A stretch of 32,000 nucleotides of DNA from Pseudodesulfovibrio piezophilus C1TLV30 (GTDB lineage Bacteria; Desulfobacterota; Desulfovibrionia; Desulfovibrionales; Desulfovibrionaceae): assembly GCF_000341895.1 (NCBI RefSeq), contig NC_020409.1, positions 1,260,001 through 1,292,000 on the forward strand, written 5' to 3'. Position numbers and translations under genes: made by a program. Position 1 is the first letter of the stretch. The number at the start of each line of letters is the position of its first letter. Shown in pieces: positions 24,501 through 32,000 of this stretch. Below the pieces are notes generated by a model. The model was not told the origin of the DNA, ran no database searches, and saw nothing but the letters and a program-made list of their open reading frames with translations.

Positions 24501-24739
24501 TTATCATGACTTCCATGGCTTTCATACTCGGCGTCATTCCCCTGGCTGTCGCCAGTGGCGCAGGTGCCGCGAGTCAGCAGGCCATTGGGACCGGAGTTAT
24601 TGGTGGAATGCTCAGCGCCACAGTGCTTGGCATTCTCTTTGCCCCCGTGTTTTTTGTCTGGGTTCTTTCCGGCGTACAATTCCTGAATAAAAGGAAAAAT
24701 ACGAAACAGGAACCCGCTCAAGTGACAAAGCATGACTGA
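21590..24739 (+). CDS. RND multidrug efflux inner-membrane transporter, AcrB/MexB (HAE1) family, 1049 aa
   Basis: It starts MSRFFIERPNFAWVIAIFITMAGILAI and contains VLAIGILVDDAIVVVENVER and GLAAKNAILIVE. Length and the 12-TM pattern are canonical. Confidence 0.95.
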   Translation: MSRFFIERPNFAWVIAIFITMAGILAIPTMAMEKYPQVAPPQISISATYPGASATTMNDSVVSLIEEELNGAKGLLYYESTSSSTGSASISVTFKPGTDPDMAQVDVQNRIKKAESRLPQEVTDQGLEVEQANSGFLMVYTLKYKETGDNDDPQRLADIMARNVNNEVRRVDGVGTLQFFASESAMRVWVDPQKLLSYDLSITDVNNAIAAQNVQVPAGSFGGRPVASEQEIMATFTVQGMLETPEEFGRILLRGNIGGSSVHLSDVARIEIGPESYNIVSRLDGIPTAAAAVQLAPGANALDTVLRVRARLDELSKTLPEDVEFSIPFDSSKFVDAAIEKVVHTLIEAVVLVFLVMFLFLQNFRYTLIPSIVVPVCVLGTFGVMSVLGFSINMMTMFGMVLAIGILVDDAIVVVENVERIMSTEGLPPKEATIKAMGQISGAIIGITLVLSAVFFPLAFMSGSVGVIYRQFAISVATSILISGFLALTMTPALCATILKPVSKGHHEAQAGFFGWFNHLFDRLGKRYEWITGKLVSRTARCMVIYAALLTALGFAYLNLPESFVPAEDQGNMYVTVQLPPGATYSRTLSVTEGIESYLKSRPAINSSITVIGFSFSGRGQNAALGIPSFKDWSERGEGQSAQDEVTMANRVLSKNTDGSIFAVNPPPVDGLGETGGFALRLQDRGGVGREKLSAALGMVLAQANASPVIAYARPQGLPDAPQVKLKIDREKAETLGVSFSDIKTVLSSAYGSSMVADYVDTGRVQRVVVQASGESRQSPESLNNLYVPNETGEQVPLMSLINLKWEVGPVQIVRYNGYNAFKIMGDAAPGYSSGEVMAEMERIMENLPQGVGYEWTGLSYQEQFAGAQAPKLFSLALVVVFLLLVALYENWAIPMSVMLIVPIGALGAVAAVTVMNMSNDVYFKVGLITIIGLAAKNAILIVEVAKQYYAEGFSLQESAVKSARLRFRPIIMTSMAFILGVIPLAVASGAGAASQQAIGTGVIGGMLSATVLGILFAPVFFVWVLSGVQFLNKRKNTKQEPAQVTKHD

Positions 24740-24853
24740 GAGCTTCCCAGCATCAACTCACAACGGGCCGCACGCTCGGGCATTTGAAATCATTGGCAGA
24801 TTCGAAACAGAGTCTGTATGGTTGAGTGAGGAGCACCAAAGAGGAGAACGAAC

Positions 24854-25534
24854 ATGAATGTGCATGTTTTACTTGTCGAGGACGACTTTGACCTCGCAGC
24901 CTCAATGATTGAGTATCTGGAATTGGAAAACATCATATGTGACCATGCCTCAAATGGAGTGCATGGTGTCCAGCTTGCCAGGGAAAATCAATACGATGTG
25001 CTCCTGCTCGATATAATGCTTCCTCTGATGGATGGCTACGGAGTCTGTGAAGTCGTCCGCCGTGAAGGCTCGGATATCCCCATACTCATGCTGACAGCTC
25101 GCGACACCTTGGATGACAAAATCGCAGGATTCGCTGCCGGGACTGACGACTATCTGGTCAAGCCGTTCGCCATGAAGGAATTGCTCTTCCGCATCCGCGC
25201 GTTGGCCAAACGGCGAAGCAGCCAACCCCGGCGGTATGTCATCGACGATCTGGAGGTTAACACGGAAACACGCCAGGCTCGCCGTGGCGATATCGAGTTG
25301 CACTTAGCACCCAAAGAGTGGGATTTACTGGCATATATGGCCAAGGTAAGCCCGGAAGTGGCTGTACGCGAACAGATGATTCGCGCTGTTTGGGGAGAAA
25401 CTCCTCCCGAGAGCAACAGCCTCAAAGTGCATATGCATAAATTGCGAGAAAAAGTGGATAAACCCTTTTCCACATCTCTCATCCAGACTATCCCCGGAGT
25501 GGGTTTTGTTCTCAGACACCAAACTGATGCATAG
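24854..25534 (+). CDS. OmpR/PhoB-family response regulator
   Basis: The receiver domain has VLLVEDD, DVLLLDIMLP (phospho-acceptor Asp), ILMLTARD and DDYLVKPF. The winged-helix C-terminus reads LAPKEWDLLAYMA...VHMHKLREKV...IQTIPGVGFVL. Confidence 0.9.
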   Translation: MNVHVLLVEDDFDLAASMIEYLELENIICDHASNGVHGVQLARENQYDVLLLDIMLPLMDGYGVCEVVRREGSDIPILMLTARDTLDDKIAGFAAGTDDYLVKPFAMKELLFRIRALAKRRSSQPRRYVIDDLEVNTETRQARRGDIELHLAPKEWDLLAYMAKVSPEVAVREQMIRAVWGETPPESNSLKVHMHKLREKVDKPFSTSLIQTIPGVGFVLRHQTDA

Positions 25535-26822
25535 CAACAGCCTCAGGCGGTTCATCATCATCGCTGTGGCGGTGACATGTACAATTCTTGTTGTCTCATA
25601 CTCTTTTCTGCTTCGCTTCTACCTGACTCGTGGCCTGCATATTGACTCGGAATTTCGCCTCGAAGCGGAAGCGAGGCAGTATCTCGATAAATGGACGATC
25701 ACCCCAACAACCCCACTTCCCAAAACAGCGACCATTACCGCCTACCTCGGCTATGAGATGCTTCCATCAGATATTCGGGCAGCCTGCCCCAAGGAAAAGC
25801 TGGTGCCCGGAGACTTCATGCCACTGGAGCTTGACCGCCCATTCTATCACATCCATACCATACTACGTCCGGACGGACGTGTGGTCTATTTCATATTCAA
25901 ATTCGACAAGGATCAAAAGCCGACACCTTCCAGCAAACAATTTTTCACATTCTACTTTCATCTTCCCATCGTTATCGGAGTCATCACCATCAGCCTGATC
26001 ATCTTGCTGGCTGCATATCTCCTCAAACGACTGGCTCATCCGGTAGAAAATCTGCGGAACTGGGCAATGCAACTGGAAATGGAGAACCTGGAGGACGACC
26101 CGCCACCGTTGACTTATGTGGAACTTAACCAACTGGCGGAACTCTTCAGAAGCAACCTGCGCCGACTCAATGAGGGAGTAATCAGAGAAAGACAATTTCA
26201 ACAATATGCCAGTCATGAGCTTCGGACTCCCATAGCCATTCTCACGAATAACCTGGAACTGATGGAACGCCTGGGCATCCATGAACACCCGTGTTTTGCA
26301 TCATCCTTTGCCCGGATGGAAAAAACAGTCAAAAGAATGCTCCACCTGACAAACACCCTGCTCTGGGTGTGCGGCGAAGCAAAAACTCGGCTCCCAGATG
26401 AGATACTCAAGCTCGATTCCCTCATCTCGAATGTGATCGAAGAAAACTCCTACCTCCTCATCGGCAAGGATATATTTCTTGATATCCGCATGGAACCAGT
26501 CGTCATGCAAGCACCCAAGACTGTCGTTCACATTATTTTCAGCAATCTTATCAGGAACGCTTTTCAACATACGACAAAAGGCGCTGTCAAAATATTCCTG
26601 GAAAACGGTACCTGCATGATCATTAATGATAAGAATTCAGAAAATCCCCAATGTGAAGTCGGTTTTGGCCTCGGCCTTCAACTCACACAACAACTCACGG
26701 ACCATCTGGGATTTAGTATTGAAATAATCGATGAAGTCGACCAGTACGCCGTCAGTGTTCAATTTCCATTTCATCAAAATCGCCGTGAGAGTGTGGGCAC
26801 GTCCGGTCGGTCGTCTTCCTGA
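25527..26822 (+). CDS. Sensor histidine kinase (two TM helices flanking a ~130-aa periplasmic domain; HisKA plus HATPase_c)
   Basis: ATG 25527 overlaps the RR stop (ATGCATAG). The H-box is ASHELRTPIAIL, the N-box is NLIRNAFQHT, and the G-box-like segment is GFGLGLQL. TM1 is FIIIAVAVTCTILVVSYSFLL and TM2 is LPIVIGVITISLIILLAAYLL. Confidence 0.85.
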   Translation: MHSNSLRRFIIIAVAVTCTILVVSYSFLLRFYLTRGLHIDSEFRLEAEARQYLDKWTITPTTPLPKTATITAYLGYEMLPSDIRAACPKEKLVPGDFMPLELDRPFYHIHTILRPDGRVVYFIFKFDKDQKPTPSSKQFFTFYFHLPIVIGVITISLIILLAAYLLKRLAHPVENLRNWAMQLEMENLEDDPPPLTYVELNQLAELFRSNLRRLNEGVIRERQFQQYASHELRTPIAILTNNLELMERLGIHEHPCFASSFARMEKTVKRMLHLTNTLLWVCGEAKTRLPDEILKLDSLISNVIEENSYLLIGKDIFLDIRMEPVVMQAPKTVVHIIFSNLIRNAFQHTTKGAVKIFLENGTCMIINDKNSENPQCEVGFGLGLQLTQQLTDHLGFSIEIIDEVDQYAVSVQFPFHQNRRESVGTSGRSSS

Positions 26823-26916
26823 TTGACACCAAATGAAAACCATTGCGCTCTTCTTCAAAACAGGAAAGAGGCAATACCACGGCACGTTTGGACGTTACTT
26901 CAGAGAGAAAACAGCG

Positions 26917-27684
26917 CTATTCATCAGAAAAATACTTGCTCGGAGTCTTTCCCAATGCCCGTTTGAATACGGCAATAAAAGCACTGGGGTTATCATACCC
27001 CATTTCCATCGCCACGGTCGTCACCTGCTCCTTCTCGGCAAGCAATGTCAGTGACTTCAATATTCGTATCTGCTGCTTCCATTGCCCGAAAGTCATTGCC
27101 GTCTCGCTCAGGAACAACCGGGTCAGGGTTCTTCTGGTCAACCCGATCTCCCTTCCCCATTCTTCCAAAGTCCGTTTGTCCCCCGGATTTTCATCCAGAT
27201 GTCCATAAATGGCCTTGAGCCTGGGATCCTTTGGGATAGGCAAATTCAACGGAGTAATATCCATTTGCTGAATGTGATCGATCAACACAGCGATAAGCCG
27301 CTCCTCGGGACCGTTCAACGGGTATAATCGCGGCATTTTCGATGCAGCCAAGATCAACTCCTTGAAGAGAGGAGAGACAGAAACCACGCAACAATCCTCA
27401 GGGGTATTTGAACAAAATTCAGGACGGAAATAGAGAGATCGCATTGAGATATGGTTTGAGACAATCACTTTGTGATTCAATCGAGGGGGAACCCAGACTG
27501 CTCTGAAAGGGGGAACAACCCAAATTCCCTTGTGGGTTTCGACAGTCATCACTCCCAGGCTTGCATACAGAAGCTGTGCCCGCGAATGGTTGTGAAAATC
27601 AAGAATCTCTCCGGAAAAATATTCAGCTGCCAAAGCAACCAACGGACGTGGAGTTTCCATAATATCGTCAGATTCAGGCTCCAT
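26917..27684 (-). CDS. AraC/XylS-family transcriptional regulator with an N-terminal cupin-type ligand-binding domain
   Basis: The cupin-like N-terminus reads HNHSRAQLLYASLGVMTVET...WVVPPFRAVWVPP. The C-terminal double HTH reads LEEWGREIGLTRRTLTRLF...ETAMTFGQW...MEMGYDNPSAFIAVFKRALGKTPSKYF. Confidence 0.85.
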   Translation of the reverse strand: MEPESDDIMETPRPLVALAAEYFSGEILDFHNHSRAQLLYASLGVMTVETHKGIWVVPPFRAVWVPPRLNHKVIVSNHISMRSLYFRPEFCSNTPEDCCVVSVSPLFKELILAASKMPRLYPLNGPEERLIAVLIDHIQQMDITPLNLPIPKDPRLKAIYGHLDENPGDKRTLEEWGREIGLTRRTLTRLFLSETAMTFGQWKQQIRILKSLTLLAEKEQVTTVAMEMGYDNPSAFIAVFKRALGKTPSKYFSDE

Positions 27685-27735
27685 GAGGCCATCCTTGTCT
27701 CATTTGAGGTATAAGTTGTCTCTCTGCGGCTAGTT

Positions 27736-27754
27736 GATAATGATTTTCAATATT
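27736..27754. promoter_or_regulatory. Fur-box-like operator about 50 nt upstream of the AraC-type regulator gene
   Basis: GATAATGATTTTCAATATT matches the classical 19-bp consensus GATAATGATAATCATTATC at 15/19 positions by my count. It lies in the divergent region shared with the TonB-dependent receptor. Confidence 0.55.
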
Positions 27755-27975
27755 AGTGTCAAGCCACCTTAAGGAGAGGGTAAGTAAAATTCAGGCGGTG
27801 CACTATAGTAATGAGAATATGAAGAAGATTTTGAATAATGCGTTAAGAGCATATTCACCATTCTTTCTTTATAAAACTAATAACCAAATACAATTACCAT
27901 GGAATTGAAGCTGGTTATTCATACTCAGCCCCCTTTTACTGCTTCCACCTTCCTTTATTCCACTTTCCATATTCT

Positions 27976-28010
27976 GTTTCTAAAAAATATTGTGGAAGTT
28001 TTTTAGAAAC
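27976..28010. repeat. Perfect 12-bp inverted repeat GTTTCTAAAAAA-N11-TTTTTTAGAAAC about 65 nt upstream of the receptor start codon
   Basis: The arms are 27976-27987 and 27999-28010, read directly. The spacer tattgtggaag contains GTGGAAG, which is complementary to CTTCCAC about 45 nt upstream. The repeat is certain; its function is unknown. Confidence 0.6.
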
Positions 28011-28074
28011 AATTGTCTGAGTGCTCTTTTAAAAGAAAATACAATATCTGGGAAATCCTCTATAGGAGAGATTT

Positions 28075-30162
28075 GTGTCAAATACACACCAAACTCAAAA
28101 TAAAAGGTATGTTCTGTACCTTGGGGTCATGCTCCTTGTCCTATTCATAGGCCAGCAGGCACGGGCTGAAGATGATGAAGCATTGTCACTTGAACCAATT
28201 GTCGTCAGCGCTTCGGCTTTGAAAGTGGACACTCCAACGCAGGAAACGCCAAAATCCGTTTCCGTTATTACAGAAGAAGAATTGCAGCTTCACGCACCGC
28301 AAAAGCTGGATGAAACACTCAGATACACTTCTGGTGTGACTTCTCAGCCATATGGTTCTGACAATGACACGGATTGGTTTAAAATCCGTGGTTTTGATGC
28401 AGCCACGTATCTTGATGGCAATAGGCTCTTCAGGGATGGCTATTACACATGGCTCCTGGAACCATATGGACTAGAGCAGGTCGAAGTCGTCAAAGGCTCA
28501 TCCTCCATCCTTTTCGGAGAATCCCCTCCAGGTGGTGCAGTCAATGCTGTACAGAAAAAACCGTCAGACATTCCTCATGGGGAGATTCGGCTTCAGGCAG
28601 GAACCAACAATCACAAGGCCGTTTCATTTGATGTCTCTGATTCCATAAATGAAGATGGGACGATGCGTGTCCGTGTTGTCGGCATGTTCAAGGATGAAGA
28701 CGGAGAACTGGATGGAACGGAAAATACCCGGCACTACATTGCTCCGAGTCTGACCATCGACGCGACGGAGAAAACACACCTGACGCTGATGGCCACGCTG
28801 CTCAAGGATGACGGCGTACCCACCAACCCGTTTTTCCCGGCGGCGGGAACGCTTATTAATAGTCCTCACGGAACTATTGACCCATCTACCAATCTGGGTG
28901 AACCGGATTATGACAAATACGAACGGACCCAGATTTCCTTAGGTTACCTGCTTGAGCATGAACTGAACAAAGTCTGGACGGTGTCACAAAACTTTAATTA
29001 CGGATATAATAAACTGTTCTTGCGCAGTTCATATGCGTTCCCGAATTCAAATCCCAGTTCGACCACAGTTTCTCGTGGCATTGTCTTCCGTGATGGGGAA
29101 AACAAGAGTTTCACCGTCGACAACAAGGCCGTGGCCAAATGGGAAACCAATCGCATGAAGCATACGGCTCTGATGGGAATTGATCTCCAATATCACAAGA
29201 CAGAGGGAGACGAGCAGGATAACTACGCCTTTGGAACCATCAACCCGTATCATCCGGTATATGGCAGTTATACGCCGCTCGATCCGGCCAACAACATCGA
29301 CCGGGACATCACCAAGTCCCAGGCAAGTGCTTATTCACAGTATCAACTGAAGCTCGACGAAAAATGGGTCGGCATTGTTGGTGGCCGTTACGACTGGGTC
29401 AAAACGAAAAATATCAGTGAAAAGAACTCACAGGATGAAGCTCGAACAGACAAGGAATTCTCCTTCAATACAGGGTTGATGTACCTGGCTGACAATGGAC
29501 TGTCTCCGTATGTCAGTTATTCCCAATCCTTTGAGGTTCTGAGTACCATTGATCCGACAACCGGAGAGCTGTACAAGCCTCTCGAAGGCGAACAAATTGA
29601 AGTAGGAGTCAAATATACTCCCGATTTCATGGATGGATATATCAATGTCGCGCTCTTCGACATCACGCAGAAAAATGCGCTGGTAACCAACCCGAGCACA
29701 TTTGTCGCAACCCAAACAGGTGAAGTGACTTCACAGGGTATCGAAATCGAAGGCGTAGGACAGATCACCAAAAGCTTCAAACTGACCGCCAACTACACGT
29801 TCACCGACGCGAAAACCGATGATACCGGTGGCAAGGGAACAAAACAGGCAGGCTTGATCCCAAGACATACCGCATCTGCATGGCTGGATTACGATGCCAC
29901 TGACATCGGTCTTGCAGGCCTGACAATAGGCAACGGCATTCGCTACATAGGCGAGTCTAAGGACAGCCCGGCCAGCAGTGATCTGACAGTTCCCAGTGCA
30001 ACCCTGTGGGATGCCATGGTCGCATATGAAATAGACAAGAACTGGGGCGTCCAGTTGAATGTCAACAATATCCTGGACAGAGTTTATATCGCATCGAGTG
30101 ATTATTATTGTTACTATGGACAATCTCGTTCAGCGCTTCTCAGTGTGAATTATCACTGGTAA
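28075..30162 (+). CDS. TonB-dependent siderophore outer-membrane receptor (FhuA/FhuE/FoxA-like), no N-terminal signalling extension
   Basis: The GTG start is preceded by AGGAGAG. The signal peptide ends QQARA. The TonB-box-like segment is LEPIVVSA and the plug segments are SVSVITEEEL...RYTSGV, FKIRGF and VEVVKGSSSILFGESPPGG. The C-terminal beta-barrel ends ...LLSVNYHW (terminal aromatic residue). Confidence 0.9.
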   Translation: MSNTHQTQNKRYVLYLGVMLLVLFIGQQARAEDDEALSLEPIVVSASALKVDTPTQETPKSVSVITEEELQLHAPQKLDETLRYTSGVTSQPYGSDNDTDWFKIRGFDAATYLDGNRLFRDGYYTWLLEPYGLEQVEVVKGSSSILFGESPPGGAVNAVQKKPSDIPHGEIRLQAGTNNHKAVSFDVSDSINEDGTMRVRVVGMFKDEDGELDGTENTRHYIAPSLTIDATEKTHLTLMATLLKDDGVPTNPFFPAAGTLINSPHGTIDPSTNLGEPDYDKYERTQISLGYLLEHELNKVWTVSQNFNYGYNKLFLRSSYAFPNSNPSSTTVSRGIVFRDGENKSFTVDNKAVAKWETNRMKHTALMGIDLQYHKTEGDEQDNYAFGTINPYHPVYGSYTPLDPANNIDRDITKSQASAYSQYQLKLDEKWVGIVGGRYDWVKTKNISEKNSQDEARTDKEFSFNTGLMYLADNGLSPYVSYSQSFEVLSTIDPTTGELYKPLEGEQIEVGVKYTPDFMDGYINVALFDITQKNALVTNPSTFVATQTGEVTSQGIEIEGVGQITKSFKLTANYTFTDAKTDDTGGKGTKQAGLIPRHTASAWLDYDATDIGLAGLTIGNGIRYIGESKDSPASSDLTVPSATLWDAMVAYEIDKNWGVQLNVNNILDRVYIASSDYYCYYGQSRSALLSVNYHW

Positions 30163-30169
30163 AAAAGAT

Positions 30170-30209
30170 GATTCCCCACCTTCCATGAAGGGTGGGTGGG
30201 GAATCTTTT
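30170..30209 (+). terminator. Rho-independent terminator/attenuator between the receptor and the ABC transporter genes
   Basis: GATTCCCCACC / GGTGGGGAATC forms an 11-bp perfect stem with a 14-nt loop, followed by TTTTC. It starts 8 nt after the receptor stop. Confidence 0.7.
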
Positions 30210-30237
30210 CTCTCATTTCTTTCTCGGGGAGGGGGAT

Positions 30238-31023
30238 ATGTTTGCTTTATTGGATGTAAAAATGGTGCGGGATGCTCGTACCATCCTCTCTATCGAGCAC
30301 CTGAATGTTCCGACAGACCAATTAACTGTGATCCTGGGCCATAACGGCTCGGGAAAATCCACGTTGGCAAGCCTGCTTTCAGGGCAGCAACAGCCGGATT
30401 CAGGAAAAATCTGCCTCAATGGCCGTGAGTTGGCATCGTTTCGGGCAAAGGAGCTGGCAAAAGAAATCGCTTTCCTGCCACAAAAACTCCCTGCATCGGT
30501 AGGGCTGACGGTTCGGGAACTCGTTCGCCTCGGCCGCTTCCCATGGCGAGGAACATTCGGTCGATGGGATGCTGAAGATGAACATGTCATTGATGACGCA
30601 ATCGAAAAAACCGGTGTAACCCCATTCGCCCAAACCCTGGCAGATCAACTTTCCGGAGGAGAGCGGCAACGAGCATGGGTCTCCATGCTCCTCGCCCAAC
30701 AATCCCCTGTTTTGATACTTGATGAACCGACCTCGGCATTGGATATTCATCATCAATATCAGTTGATGGCTCTCCTTGCTCGATTGAATAGAGATCAAAA
30801 TTTCGGAATCATAGTCATTTTACATGATCTCAATCTGGCACTGCGATATGCTTCACGCATCATCGCGCTCAAGGCCGGAAAAATCGCATTTGAAGGCCCG
30901 GTGGATGTCCTGTTGAATGAACAAAAGTTATCGGAACTCTATCACTCGCGAATTCACCTGATAGACCACCCGGCTCCTTTGCCGGACTCAAAAACAAATA
31001 AAGTAGCCATTATATGCGAATAA
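30238..31023 (+). CDS. fhuC: Iron-siderophore ABC transporter ATP-binding protein (FhuC/FecE family)
   Basis: Walker A is GHNGSGKST, the signature is LSGGERQRA, Walker B is ILDEPTSALD, and the H-loop is ILHDLN. I prefer ATG 30238 because the track GTG at 30196 lies inside the terminator stem. Confidence 0.9.
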   Translation: MFALLDVKMVRDARTILSIEHLNVPTDQLTVILGHNGSGKSTLASLLSGQQQPDSGKICLNGRELASFRAKELAKEIAFLPQKLPASVGLTVRELVRLGRFPWRGTFGRWDAEDEHVIDDAIEKTGVTPFAQTLADQLSGGERQRAWVSMLLAQQSPVLILDEPTSALDIHHQYQLMALLARLNRDQNFGIIVILHDLNLALRYASRIIALKAGKIAFEGPVDVLLNEQKLSELYHSRIHLIDHPAPLPDSKTNKVAIICE

Positions 31024-31943
31024 TATACTTTTTTCTCCTCATGGGGACCATCGCTCTCGGCTTTGGAGGACTCTTTCCAACCAACGGGACGGCAGCACCG
31101 CAGGAAATGGGAAGCGCAACTCCCGATTCATTTGCAACGACTCCCGAACGCGTGGTTGTTCTCAATTGGGATTTATTGGAACAGGTGCTGGAACTCGGAG
31201 TCACGCCAGTGGGGGCACCCAATCTGGAAGGCTACAAAAATTGGGTCGTGATCCCGAAGCTCCCCGACTCAATTCAGGACATCGGGACTCGGGCAGAACC
31301 AAACCTCGAAAAAATAACGCAACTGAAGCCGGACGTCATTCTTGCCGCGTCTCCCCAAAAGGACTTGCTGGAAGTTCTGGAACGCATAGCGCCGGTTGTC
31401 TATCTACCGAATTTCAGGGAACAGGATCAGGCCGGACCGGTAGCCCTTGAGCATTTCAGAACACTGGCCACGCTCCTGGCCAGAAAAGAAACGGCACAAA
31501 AAAAGATACAGGCGATGACAGACCGTTTCAGAGAATTGAAAACACAACTCTCTCAAGCGTTCCCTGCACCCATTCGCGTAGTCCCCATGCGTTTTTCGAG
31601 CACCACATCTGTTTTCATCTATAGCCGAAACTCAACAGCACAGTATGTTCTCGAGCAACTCGGATTGACAGCGGCACTCCCTCTTCCACCAACACCGTGG
31701 GGAATAGCGCAAAAGCGTCTCAAGGACCTTCAACATATTACCGATGCGTATGTTCTCTATGTCCTCCCTTTCCCTGATGAAAAAAAACTGAAACAATCCG
31801 TGCTGTGGAGGGCCATGCCCTTTGTCCACAAGGGGCATGTCAACTCTGTTCGTCCTGTCTGGAACTATGGCGGTGCAATGTCACTTCTCTATATGGCTGA
31901 AGAATTTACCCGAAGCCTCATGGAAATGGTACCTGAACAGTGA
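31014..31943 (+). CDS. fhuD: Periplasmic iron-siderophore binding protein (FhuD / cluster A-II SBP family)
   Basis: The start overlaps the ATPase stop. The signal peptide is MRIIYFFLLMGTIALGFG. RVVVLNWDLLEQVLELGVTPVG and NLEKITQLKPDVILA are typical of Peripla_BP_2 proteins. Confidence 0.8.
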   Translation: MRIIYFFLLMGTIALGFGGLFPTNGTAAPQEMGSATPDSFATTPERVVVLNWDLLEQVLELGVTPVGAPNLEGYKNWVVIPKLPDSIQDIGTRAEPNLEKITQLKPDVILAASPQKDLLEVLERIAPVVYLPNFREQDQAGPVALEHFRTLATLLARKETAQKKIQAMTDRFRELKTQLSQAFPAPIRVVPMRFSSTTSVFIYSRNSTAQYVLEQLGLTAALPLPPTPWGIAQKRLKDLQHITDAYVLYVLPFPDEKKLKQSVLWRAMPFVHKGHVNSVRPVWNYGGAMSLLYMAEEFTRSLMEMVPEQ

Positions 31944-32000
31944 AAACCCGCCACCTCACAGGACTCGCTATCGTTGCCTTGTTACTCGCTATTGTCAGTC
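31940..32000 (+). CDS. Probable start of the iron-siderophore ABC permease (FhuB/FecCD family), truncated by the window end
   Basis: The GTG overlaps the SBP stop (GTGA). Translation VKTRHLTGLAIVALLLAIVS is a basic N-terminus followed by a TM helix, as expected for FecCD permeases. Only 20 codons are visible. Confidence 0.45.
   Translation, partial: MKTRHLTGLAIVALLLAIVS

Noticed and set aside
27800-27860. Additional Fur-like A/T-rich stretches (e.g. GATTTTGAATAATGCGTTA)
   Set aside because: It matches only about half of the 19-bp consensus and is indistinguishable from the AT-rich background of this intergenic region.
1-32000. Looked for tRNA/rRNA genes, CRISPR repeat arrays, IS elements/transposases, integrases, phage genes, toxin-antitoxin pairs and known defence-system genes
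   Set aside because: I found no T-loop/acceptor-like motifs, no regularly spaced direct repeats, no transposase, integrase or reverse-transcriptase-like ORFs, and no terminal inverted repeats flanking any block. The only sign of mobility is the dapA-like remnant.

Overview
The window looks like chromosomal DNA from a Desulfovibrionales-like (Desulfobacterota) anaerobe. That assignment is an inference from a Desulfovibrio-type fdhAB-fdhE-fdhD cluster, a flavodiiron protein and mid-range GC judged by eye. I found no rRNA, tRNA, CRISPR array, integrase or transposase. Gene order, left to right: (1) the 3' end of formate dehydrogenase fdhA, then fdhB, fdhE and fdhD. (2) An RRM-type RNA-binding protein gene on the minus strand. 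(3) A putative nitrosative/oxidative-stress group: an HPP membrane protein, flavodiiron protein FprA/ROO, and a DUF1858-hemerythrin-DUF438-PAS protein. (4) Osmoregulated periplasmic glucan genes opgG and opgH, with a tightly wedged 124-codon ORF between them. (5) A three-gene operon encoding a signal-peptide CotH-family atypical kinase, a DUF4956 polytopic membrane protein and a VTC (Vtc4-like triphosphate-tunnel, polyphosphate-polymerase-type) domain protein. Its 3' end abuts a truncated dapA/nanA-family pseudogene. (6) Two small orphan ORFs followed by a strong terminator. (7) A CPA2 (KefB/YbaL-like) cation/proton antiporter. (8) An RND efflux pair (adaptor plus AcrB-like pump, no outer-membrane factor gene) followed by an OmpR-type response regulator and a histidine kinase. 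(9) An AraC-type regulator with a Fur-box-like site, divergent from a siderophore uptake cluster in fhuA-fhuC-fhuD-fhuB order (fhuB cut by the window end). The most interesting candidate is the CotH/DUF4956/VTC operon. I read it as a functionally uncharacterised bacterial analogue of the eukaryotic VTC polyphosphate synthesis-translocation machine, coupled to an extracytoplasmic kinase. All family assignments come from motif recognition by eye and need HMM or structure confirmation.
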